NCBI GenBank assembly: GCA_943704425.1 | Contig: CALSCP010000439.1 | Location: forward strand, 1-58,615 | Source of the DNA: Ministeria vibrans ATCC 50519 | Taxonomy: Eukaryota; Protista; Filasterea | DNA: 58,615 nt | Direction: 5' to 3' | Translations under genes and position numbers: made by a program | Part shown: positions 40,498-52,400 of the stretch, piece by piece | Numbering within the stretch: the stretch's first letter is position 1 | Layout: the number at the start of each line of letters is the position of its first letter | Notes under the pieces: model-generated | Told to the model about the DNA's origin: nothing | Seen by the model: only the letters and a program-made list of their open reading frames with translations | Databases searched by the model: none

Positions 40498-43400
40498 TCA
40501 AATAAAAGACTCATCATTTTCAACTGGAGTCATCTCAGGGGAAGGTTCAGTTGATTGGAAGCCCATACTCAACGGCACCGTCCTCGTCTCTGATGAAACG
40601 CCTACGCGAGGGAACTCCTCAAAATGAGCATCTCTACTCGATTCGGTGAAATTGTTCGAGTCGTCGTCATCATCCTGGCCAATGACAGTACGGTGCACAG
40701 GATTATCGCTTGAAGTCGGTGGTGCTGAAAGAGAGCTTCCTATTGAAGTCCCGGCAGAACGGGGGTGACTGTCCAAACCGACAGCCTCCACAAGTTCCAT
40801 CTCCAAAGTGGTTTTCTCCACCTGACTTTCATTTATGCTGCGTACGTTGATTTTCGTGCTCGTCTTTCGCTTTCGAGGACATTTCCACCACAGCAATGCA
40901 AGAGCGGCCACAACAACAACGACCACCACAACTCCAATGATGATACCAAAGCTCGATCCAGACGTCAGCTGAGCCTCACATGTGACGCCCGTGTAGCCAG
41001 CAGCACACGTGCAGTTGAAGCCCGTGGCACCTTCGGGAGCGCACTCCGCGCCGTTCAGACACGGATACGATGTGCAGCCGTTCTGCTCAAAAACCGCGAA
41101 CGAGGTCGCCTCCGCAAACGCATAATAGTCCTGTGCACCAGTGGCTCGGCGACGCCCAGCAAATGTGACGGGAAAGCGCTGAATCCACGGGCCAGTGCCC
41201 TGCGTCGCGTACAGCCCAGTTCCCGATGGCAGTGCCGGCAGACCCACAGTCGTCGAGCCGTTCACGAAGAAGTACGGGCTCACAGCAGGCGAGGCAGGTG
41301 GACTCGCATTGGTGTCGGGCACAAAGACCGAGTCGGGCGACGGTCCATAATCAAACGCGATGGCCGTGTACGTCACAACTGTCACGTTGACAGCCTGGTG
41401 CGTCGGCGAATTCGAACTCGGGACATGGACGGAAGTACCAGGTGACGGCGATGGAGGAATGACTCGGCGAGTGTACGTTGCACAGAGACGGCCACGATAG
41501 TTGGTCTGAGGCGAGGGACACGCGCACGTGAAGTCATCGACCGCCACAAAGCGCGAGTACGGCTGTGTCCAACAGACACCATTGTGGCACGGATTCACTG
41601 GCAGGCATGGGCTTCGGACTTGGCAGAATTCGCCGACCCATTCGCTCGAGCATGTGCAAAAGCCAGTCGCTGGGTGGCACGTCGCCCCATTTTGACAGGG
41701 TGAAGAGACACACAGGTCACAAGTGTCTCGGAGTCTTGGCCACCCGTACACACAATGGCACTTGTAGTGACCGAAATTGTCAATTTTGTGACAGGTTCCG
41801 CCGTACTCACACGGAAAAGACGCACACCCATCGCTCATTTTGCATTGATCTCCCCATGTGCCCGACGGGCAATCGCATGTGAACGACCCAACGGGATTCG
41901 ACGAGCGACGACATGTGCCGCCATTTGTGCACGGACTCGATTCGCACGCCACGTGCTCTAACTCGCATAGAGTTCCAATGTAGCCAGGGGGACAGACACA
42001 CCCAAACGAGCCAAATTCGTTGTGGCAGTGTCCCCCGTTCAGACAAGGACTCGACTTACACTCGTCGATGTCCTCTTCACACCAAGCGCCTGTCACTCCC
42101 GACGGGCAATCACATTGGACAGCAGACGGAGAGCCACGAACGGGAGGGTCTTCAATACATTGTCCGCCGTTTTGGCATGGTTTCGACAGACACTTGGACA
42201 TATGGTAGTCGCATTGTGCACCGGTGAACTCAGCGCTACAGTGGCAGAGGAACTCGGACGGGAGGTTCTCGCACACACCGACGACACACGGGGAGGACGC
42301 ACAGTGATTGATGAGAGACTCGCACTGAGTGCCAGTGTGTCCCAACACACAGCTGCATACGAACGCGTTCACATCGTCTGAGCAAGTCGCCCCGTTCTGA
42401 CACGGGCTGCTCAAGCACTCATCAATGTTCACAGCGCACTCAACGCCCGTGTAGCCAGGCACACAGGTGCACGTGAAGCCATTCACACTGTCAGTGCAAG
42501 TTCCTCCGGTCTGACACGGACTGCTCAAGCACTCATCAATGTTCACAGCGCACTCAACGCCCGTGTAGCCAGGCACGCAGGTGCACGTGAAGCCGTTCAC
42601 ATCGTCTGTGCAAATCGCCCCGTTCTGACACGGGTTGCTCAAGCACTCGTTCGTGTCCGTGCCACACACTGTCCCTCCGTAGCCCGCAGCACACGCACAC
42701 GTGTAGCCCCCCACAACATCAGTGCACGTCGCCCCGTTCTGGCACGGGCTCGACGAACATTCGTCCGTCTCCACCTCGCAGACCACTCCAAAGAACCCCA
42801 CGCCACATGTGCACGAGAAACCGCACACACTGTCGACACACGTTCCTCCGGTCTGACATGGGTTGCTTGCGCACTCATCCGTGTTGCTCCCGCACAATAT
42901 GTCCTCCCAACCACATGCACACACACACGTGAACCCGTTTACGTTATCATTGCACGTCGCCCCGTTCTGACACGGGCTGCTCAAGCACTCATCAATGTTC
43001 ACAGCGCACTCAACGCCCGTGTAGCCAGGCACGCAGGTGNNNNNNNNNNNNNNNNNNNNNNNNNNNNNNNNNNNNNNNNNNNNNNNNGGGCTGCTCAAGC
43101 ACTCATCAATGTTCACAGCGCACTCAACGCCCGTGTAGCCAGGCACACAGGTGCACGTGAAGCCATTCACGCTGTCAGTGCAAGTTCCTCCGTTCTGACA
43201 CGGGCTGCTCAAGCACTCATCAATGTTCACAGCGCACTCAACGCCCGTGTAGCCAGGCACACAGGTGCACGTGAAGCCATTCACACTGTCAGTGCAAGTC
43301 GCCCCGTTCTGACACGGGTTGCTCAAGCACTCATCAATGTCCGACTCGCACAGCAGACCGGTGTAGCCGGCGAAACAGGTGCACGAAAAGAAGTTGGACT

Positions 43401-46400
43401 GGGCAATGCTGGGCGACACGGTGATCGCCTCAACGCGCATCAAGGGACGTGTTGACGTCAGACCCGACGCATTCGTCAGGGTGCACCCGTCGGCTGCGAC
43501 CGTCGTCGACGTCGCCACGGCCGCAAGTGTTCCCGACAAAATCGACGCAATCGACACGTCAATGGTGAGCGGCAACAGAGGCGCACGGAAACAGAAATTA
43601 ATCACCATCGTGTCGACTCCATTGTGCACAAAAGGCGTCGTAAAAGTGAACGAGTTCCAGCCGGAAACAATGGTGTGCGGCGAGGACACGAGCACGTCTG
43701 TGGCGCCCGTCATGTCAATGAAAGCAGGACCCGTCTGCACCGGCGCCAGGGTCGTCTCCGTTGTGTGCAGCACGCTGATGGACACAATGGCACTGCCGGG
43801 GATCCCTGTGGCAAGGTGCAGCTCGAGACTGGTCACGTCGCCCGTGCGAATCTGCTTGAGATCCGACGCACGCACAAGCACCTGCAGACGACCGGCCGTG
43901 TGCGACCTGAACGGCAACACACCAACAATTTCCGTCTCGGTCGCTTGCGCCACTGTCACCACATTGGCACCGGTGACCGCCAGGAAACCCTCGACACACG
44001 AGCCAAAGTTCTGGCAGGGTGTCGACAGACACTCGTCAATGTCCGTCTGGCAACGCACGCCAGTGAAGCCCGCCAGACAGTCACACACGTACAGTCCGGG
44101 TGTGCTCGACTCGGTGCAGGTGCCGGCGTTGACACACGGCGACGAAAGACATTCGTCAATCTCCGTGTCACACAGTGTGCCGGTGTAACCGGCACTGCAG
44201 GTGCACTCAAAGCTGACAATGAGATCGCCACAGACGCCATTCTCACACGGATTCGAATCGCACTCGTTCACCTCCGTCTCGCAATGGATGCCCGTGTAGC
44301 CAGCCAGGCAGCTACACGCAAACGCGTCGGCCAAGTTCTGGCACGAGGCGCCATTGACACATGGCACCGAGGCACACTCATCCGTGTCGCCCGCACAGAG
44401 TGTGCCAAAGAAGCCGTCGGAGCAATTGCATGTGAAGCCGTCCACACCGTCAATGCACGTCGCACCGTTCTCACACGGCTCACTCACACACTCATTCACG
44501 TCCGTCTCGCAGTGCAAGCCCGTGTAGCCGGCGTGGCACGCACACGAGAAGGAATTTAGATGGTCCACGCAGGTGGCACCGTTGACGCACGGGGCACTCG
44601 CGCACTCGTCCACGTCCGTCTCGCACACATCGCCCTCGGCACCATTGGGGCACGAGCACGCAAAAGCACCGACCGACTGGAAACAGACACCGCCACGCTG
44701 GCACGGCGCACTCGCACACTCGTCAATGTCCGTCTCACACTTCGCGCCCGTGTAGCCAGTCGGGCAGGTGCACGTCAGCGACGCCACCAGGTCTTTGCAT
44801 GTTGCGCCATTCTCACACGGATTGCTCGCACAATCGTCAATGTCTGTCTCGCAACGCCTGCCCACATAGCCAATGTGACACGAGCACTCAAAAAGGCCAA
44901 ACAGGTTCACACAAGTGCCATCGTTGACACACGGGTTGCTCGAGCACTCGTCAAAGTCCTGGTCGCACAAGGTCCCCGTGTACGGTGCCGTGCACACACA
45001 GAAGAAGTTGTTCAGGCCATCTTCGACGCATGAAGCGTCATTCTTGCATGGTGTCGACTGACATTCGTTGACGTCCACTTCGCACTGTGAACCGGTCGAG
45101 CCGGCGTCGCAAACACATACGTAGCCGTTGTTTCCGTCCATGCAGGTGCCGCCATTGTGACATGGCATCGAAAGACACTCGTCAACGTTTGTCTCGCACG
45201 TCTCACCCGCAAACCCAGTCACACACGAGCAGCCGTACGTGTTTACGGCGTCGATACAGAGTCCACCGTTCTGGCACGGCGACGAATCACACTCGGACTC
45301 GCAGTTGCTGCCACCACTGGCAATGCTCACGGGGCAACCAGTGCACACGTAGCTTTCGACACCGTCAGTGCAAGTGCCTCCCGAGCCGCACGGGTTGCTT
45401 GCACAATCGTCCATGTTCGTTTCGCAGGTGAGACCGGTAAATCCGTCAACGCACGCACACGTAAACGTGTTGACAGCGTTTCCCTCCGTACACGTGCCTC
45501 CGTTGGCACACGGCTCGCTGTCGCACTCGTTGATGTCGCTTTCGCACACCGAGCCGGTGTAGCCCGCCTCGCAAATGCACGAGTAGAAGTTGGGAATGAA
45601 CATGGCGGCAACCACACCGGACACACCAACGCGAATGGCCGGACGGAAAGTGGAAATGCCAGGGTTCAGGTCACAGGCCAGGTCCGAAAGGTCACCACCG
45701 ACGCCGGGCAGTGCAAACGTGCTGCGGCCCGAGATGACAGTCTCGGCGCTCACCTTGGTCTGAATTGCCGAGGCGGTTGTCTGGCACAGGTTGACAATGA
45801 TGTTGCTCCTGCCGTCGTAGACAAAGGGAGTTGTGAATGTGAAGGTGTTCCAGCCGGACACGAGCACAATGGGCGCCGCGTCAAGAACCGTCACGAAAAC
45901 CGTCGAGTTGTCCAACGGCGCCAATGAAGTGGCCGTTGTGTGCTTGATGCTGATGGTGAGCGCGTCGACAGGACCCTGAATGTCAAAGGTGAGGAATTCG
46001 ACGTTGAGCGACAACGACGAAATGGGACCACTGAGTTGACTTGTGGCCGCGGCCGTGAGCAGATCCTGCTGTGAAAAGAAGATCTGCTGACGGGCATGCG
46101 TGCCCTGGAACACATTGAGATTGGTGAACGCGACCGAGTTGGGCACAACGCTCACAGTGACCGTCCCCGTGGCCGAACCAGTGCCCTCGACACAGGCACT
46201 GCCATGGATGCACGGCGACGACTCGCACTCGTCGATTTCAACAAGGCAATTGTCACCAGTGAAACCCTGAGCACACGTGCACACATAGGTATTCGGTTGG
46301 GCGCCCTGAGCACACGTGGCACCGTTGCCACACGGGTCACTTGTGCACTCGTCCACATCGTTGGTGCACTGGGCGCCCGAGAAACCGTCTGTGCACGAAC

Positions 46401-49400
46401 ACGAATAACCATTCACCTGGTCAGTGCAAGTGCCGCCGTTGGAACACGGCAACGAAAGGCACTCGTCGATATTGGTCTCACACCGAACACCCTGGTAGCC
46501 ATCGATGCAAGAACAAGCATACAAGTCGACACCGTCCACACAGGTGCCGCCGTTGGTGCATGGCGACGAAGCGCACTCGTTGATGTCCGACTCGCACTGG
46601 ATGCCAGTGAAGCCCGGAGGGCACGTACACTGCCAGAAGTCACCGGTGGAGTCCTGGTCGCAGGTGCCGCCGTTGCTGCAAGGCGACGAAGTACACTCGT
46701 TGATGTCAGTCTCACACATGACGCCGGTCCATCCGGTCACGCAAGTACACTGCCAAAAATCGGGTGTCGCACCCTGGTCACATGTGCCACCGTTGGAGCA
46801 TGGTGATGAGGCACACTACAAGGTAGTAGAAGAAGAAAAAGGATCAGAGACAGAGAGAAACGCAGGAACTGTCATATTCTTCCTGTTTTACCTCATCAAT
46901 GTCAGTCTCGCAAACGTCACCGGTAAATCCGGCGTGGCAAAGACACAGAGGCTGCGCGGTCGAAAAATGCACGTGGGGGCCAATGTAAAGACTAGCGCCG
47001 ACGGTGCCGGTCAGTGAAGTGGAGTCGATGTTGCTGATGAAGTTGAGCACATTGGTGAAGCGGAAGCCGCGAGTGATCGAGCTCGTCGACTCCACAGTGA
47101 ACTGGTTGCTAATGATGTAGCCATCCGAGGTCATGGGGAACTTGGCCTGGATGGTGTACACAGAGTTGGCATTGACAGTGACGCGGGGCGACAGGAACGT
47201 CTTGAGGATCTTAAAACCCTCGGGCGACGTCTCAGAAGGACCCGAAACGAGAATGGTCGCCTGAGCGACAATGGCGCCGCCAGTCAGGACCGCAACCTCG
47301 TGGGTTTGAGTCACGTCAAAAATGGCGTTAGAGGGCACGTAGAGGGCCAGGAAGTCGATGTCCTTGGTGACGGTAGGCTGGAACTCATAGCCTACAATGA
47401 CGTTCTCGCTCGCGGAGCTCGAGGGCTGCGAGGTGATGAGGGTCTCCACAAGAGGGCCAACGTTGATCTCAGTCGGTTGGCATGTGCCAGCGTTGGTACA
47501 AGGGNNNNNNNNACAATGACGTTCTCGCTCGCGGAGCTCGAGGGCTGCGAGGTGATGAGGGTCTCCACAAGAGGGCCAACGTTGATCTCAGTCGGTTGGC
47601 ATGTGCCAGCGTTGGTACAAGGGTTTGAGTTGCACTACGGAACGAAGAAATGAGTTCGTACAAAACAAAATTGACGACGCTAACGTTACCTCCGAGACGG
47701 GAGACTCGCAAATGTCGCCGGTAAAGCCAGCCGGACAGATACATTGCCAGAAGTTCGCCATGAGCCCTTGGCTACACAGACCTCCATTGAGACAGGGTTC
47801 CGACAAACACTAAGCACAAAAAAATTAATAATCATTAATCTTTCCTAATGACGAGGAAAAAATACAATCGGGTACCTCGTTGGTGTCAGTCTCGCATTGG
47901 TCGCCGGCAAACCCGATAACGCAAGTACAGTCGTAGAGGTTGGGTTGGTTTCCCTGGCTGCAGGTGCCACCGTTGCTGCAGGGCGACGAGTCACACTCGT
48001 TGATGTCTGACTCACACTGCGTGCCGGTGAAGCCAGCGGCACAGCTGCACTGCCAGAAGTCGTACGAGGAGCCCTGGTCGCAGGTGCCGCCGTTGGTGCA
48101 CGGCGACGAGTCGCACTCGTTGATGTCCGACTCGCACTGGATGCCAGTGAAGCCCGGAGGGCACGTACACTGCCAGAAGTCACCGGTGGAGTCCTGGTTG
48201 CAGGTGCCGCCGTTGCTGCAAGACGACGAGGTACACTCGTTGATGTCAGTTGCGCACATGACGCCGGTCCATCCGGTCACGCAAGTACACTGCCAGAAAT
48301 CGAGCTGGCTGCCCTGGTCGCATGTGCCACCGTTGGAGCACGGCGACGAGTCGCACTCGTTGATGTCGGATTCACAGGTCACACCGGTGGAGCCCGCAAC
48401 ACATTCGCAGGTGAAGCCGTCGAAAAGGTCGATACAGGTGCCGCTGTTGGTGCATGGCGACGAGGCGCACTCGTCGATGTTGGTTTCGCAGTGTTCACCG
48501 GTGGTGTACGAATGACACGAGCAAGTGTACTGGTCTGGAATGACATCGCCACCAAAGATGGCATTAGGGCCGAAGTAGGTTGTGGCCGAGAACGAACCGA
48601 AGAAGTAGGGGTTGTGGGGATCCTGGAGGTGTGGATCAAAAGCATTCAAAACAAACAGCTTGTGGCCTTCGACAAAGTGGATGCCACGCTGGTATGTGAA
48701 GATGTTGGAGGCAATCCAGTGGTCGTTGGCACCAACATTCTTGTACACAGCCTGCAGCGTGTAGGTCTCGCCAGCAACAAGGGACACCGGCGACGAGAGC
48801 GTCTCGTAGTGGAACTCTCCATCAATGCTGTTGGGCGGATCGGCAAAATCCCGAACGACCGACGAGTTGCCGATAGTGACGTTGGCAAGGAGGTTGAACG
48901 CTGAGTCGAACAGGCCAACATCGTGTGTCTCTGTCAGCATGTTGGGGTTGGTCCAGTGCAGACCGAGGTGGCTCACCGAGCGGCCCGCGTACACATTGGT
49001 AAACGTGTAGCCTGTAAGCACTGCGATATTGGACGCACTCTCTTCTTGGCCGGTCTCCCAGCCGGTGGCCACGGGCTCGTTCGCGGCCGAATCGGGCGTG
49101 CAAGTGCCGTCGTTTGTGCATGGACTCGACTCGCAACCGTGTAACTCGATTTCGCAATGGTCTCCCATGTATTCGCTTGAGCAGCTGCACGTGTACGTGT
49201 TGATGCTCGTCGTGACGCACATGTCACCAGCGACGCCAGGTGTATTGGCAATGCGGTCGGTGGCGCGACCGCTGCAGTTGCACTTGAAGCACTTGAGCGA
49301 GTCACCGTTGGCGTCGAGGACGTAGCCTGCGGAGGGGTTGCCGTTGAGCCAGCCGAGCACCGCCTGGTTCGTAGGCATGCCGTAGTAGCCATCCTCGCAG

Positions 49401-52400
49401 CTGTCGCACTCCATGCCCGTCGTGTGTCCCAGGCAGTTGGTGCACGTGAGCGCACCCGATTCCTGCTTGGCCGCACAGTTGTTCTGGTTCGACCTCTGTT
49501 CAATGTTGTTGTTGCAGATGCACGGAATGCACGGGTAGAAGTCGTTGCCTTTGCAGCCAATCGTCGTCGAGTCGTCGGCAATGAGCAAGTCGTTGCCCGA
49601 GTTGTCGGCGCACACGGCCGGACGGCCAAAGTAGGCCATGTTGTTGCAGGCGGCGCACTGGCGATCCGACTCGTCGTAGGCAACGCCCGAGTAGCCCTGC
49701 ATGCTGGCCGGATCGTGACGCGGGCAGTTGCAACGAATGTAGGCGCTGTGGTCGGCCGAGCCCTGGAGCGTAGCAATGGCAGTGGCGTCGAGGAGCGACT
49801 CGTCGAGCACGCAGCGTGTGGACTGCGCGAGACCATTCTCAAAGGCACACTTGAGGTAGGCGTCGAGCGCGTTGGGGAAGTTAGCCTGGAACGAGTTGTA
49901 GGCGTTGGGCACGCCGGTGCTGGCCGCGTCCACGTAGTGGTTGCATTTGCACGGCACACAAGGAATGCCGTCGGCGGGGCTGCCGTAGTAGCCGGCGTCG
50001 CACAGCTCGCAACGGAAGCCATGCGTGTGCGCCGGGCAGTTGGTGCACATACCCGAGTCGGTGACACACTCGTTGTTGCCCGTGCCAAAGCACTGCTGCT
50101 CGCACGGACGGCAGGCGCTCGTCACCGTGTCCATGTTGCAGTTGGTACCGTCAACGAGGTCGCACGCGCGACACACGTCGGCCGACGCGTCAAAGCTGCC
50201 GGCCATGTGGCGGAAGTAGTTGGCCGCACACGTCTCGCACTGGCCCTGCGGACCGTTGACGGTCCAGTTGCCGCACTGGTGGCACACAGAGCTGTAAGGG
50301 TCGCAGATGCCGTCGCCCGAGTTTGCGTCCGCCTTGGAGTGACCATTGCAAAAGCACGGCGAGCAGTTCTCAAAGCGGATCGCCTCGGACTGCGCGGCAT
50401 CCGGGTTGGTGCCATCGGAGTCGGCGTTCGGGTAGAGGTTGTGGTTGTCGCGGTAGTTGGAGGCAATGCACTTTTCACAGCGGTTCTCAGCGCCATTCTC
50501 CGTGTTGTCACCGCAGCCGGAGCACACACCAAAGTTGCTGCAGGTCGACGAGTGGCCGTAGCAGGCGCACGGGGCACAGTCAACGCCGTTAGTCGCGTCT
50601 CCCCGGGTGCTCCAGGTGTTCACCTTGCACGACTCGCAGTTGAAGCCTTCCGAGTTGGACACGCCCGTGCACGTGCACTCACCGCCTACGGGGTTGCAGA
50701 AATCCTCGCCAGTCGCGTCAGTCGTTGTGGCATGGCCATTGCAATCACACTGGGTGCAGTTGTGCGCAAGATTGACAGCGTTCACGCCAACGAAGGGACG
50801 GTAGTAGCCAGCGTCACAGCCACCGCAGTTCTGACCGTCGGTGTGGTCGTTGCACGGCTGCGGGTTACCATTGTAATTGAGCTCGCAGCTGCCTCCGAGC
50901 ACGGCGCACTCGTTGAAAGCGTACGACTTGTGACCATTGCACTGGCACACGAGGCAGACAGAGCCATTGCGCGCACCGCCCGCCTCGTTCCAGTAGCCAA
51001 CCTGGCAGGCTTCGCAGTTGTCGCCCATGACTTGATCATCCGGGTCACAGTTGCAGAGACCACCCTTGGGGTTGCAGACGGCCTTGGTGCCCGCGGCCCA
51101 GCCATGATCAGGGTACTCGATGGCGAGACCGTGCTGGTTGCAGGCGCACGGCTGGCAATCGTCAGTGAGGTCAACGTTGCCCTGGGCGTCGACGGGGCGG
51201 AAGAAGCCGGGCACGCACAGTTTGCAGTGCTCGCCCATGGTGTTTCCATCGCACGGCAGCGCGTTGCCGTTGCGGTCAAACTCACAGTGACCACCAGTGG
51301 TGTGGCACTCGTCCTGGTTGTCACTGTCCGTGTACTTCTTGTGGCCGTAGCACTGGCACGCCTGGCAGTTGACGCCGTTGGTCGAGTCACCCTGGGCGCT
51401 CCAGTAGCCGGTCTCGCAGAACTCGCAGTGGGGACCAACGGCGTGGTCACCGGGAGTGCAGTGGCAGCCGCAGAAGTCCTTGTCACAGGTGTCGGCACCG
51501 CTGCTCGTCTTCACGACGGCGTGCAGGTTGCAGTCGCAAGCGGTGCACACCTCCTCGCGGCACACCTCGTAGGCGAGGCGACCCTCGGTGGCGTCGCACG
51601 AGGCACGGCAGAAACCGTCGACGCAGGTCTCGCAGCTAAAGCCCTTGGTGTTGGTTGAGGCCTCGCAGCGGCACTCGCCCGTGTCGAAAGCACAGCCCTC
51701 GGGGCAGTTACGCTTGTCCGAGTCCTCGCACAGGTCGAAGATGGAGTGGGTGTTGCAGGTGCAGGGGATGCAGGGGCCCGTGGGCGGGAAGAAGACCTGG
51801 AATTGGTCGGGACGGGTGGCACCCATGGCGCCCGACAGACCGTTGTAGGTGAAAGAGCCGGCCTCGATTTCGACGGGGGTGATCTCGGGCAGAAGGGGAC
51901 CGTCGCACTTGTGGTTCTCATCCTCGCTCTCGCAGTTGAACGACTCGACGGGGCTATCGTTCTGGATTTCGGCACGGTAGCCGGGCTGGCAGAACTGGCA
52001 CGAGGTACCCGTGGTGAAGTGACCGCAGTCCTGAACAATGTCCTTACTACCGCTCTCCTCGACGAAGCAGAATCCGGTGTTGGTGTCGCAGGTGCGCGAG
52101 TGACCGTTGCAAAGGCAGTAACCGGTGACACGCAGCTCACGCACCGAGTAGTAGCGGTAGCGCACATCACCAAAAGCACTCATCTGGGCAAAACGCACCG
52201 AGATGTAGCGCCAGCCAAAGTTGGCAGGCTTGTCAAGAACCTCACGGGTGTAGCCCTCGACGAGGAACTCAATGTCGCACGCCTTTCTGTTGAAGGCGCT
52301 CACACAGGTGGTACCCTTGGTGAAGACGGGGCCGCCGGCCGGGTCGTACTGGTTCTCAGAGCCAGTCAGATCGATCCACGGCTCGCTCTCATTGTTACGC

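Noticed and set aside
47393-47624. ~110-bp tandem duplication and apparent frameshift in the giant EGF gene
   Set aside because: Identical copies flank an 8-N gap with a 119-nt offset; this is an unmerged contig overlap, not biology.
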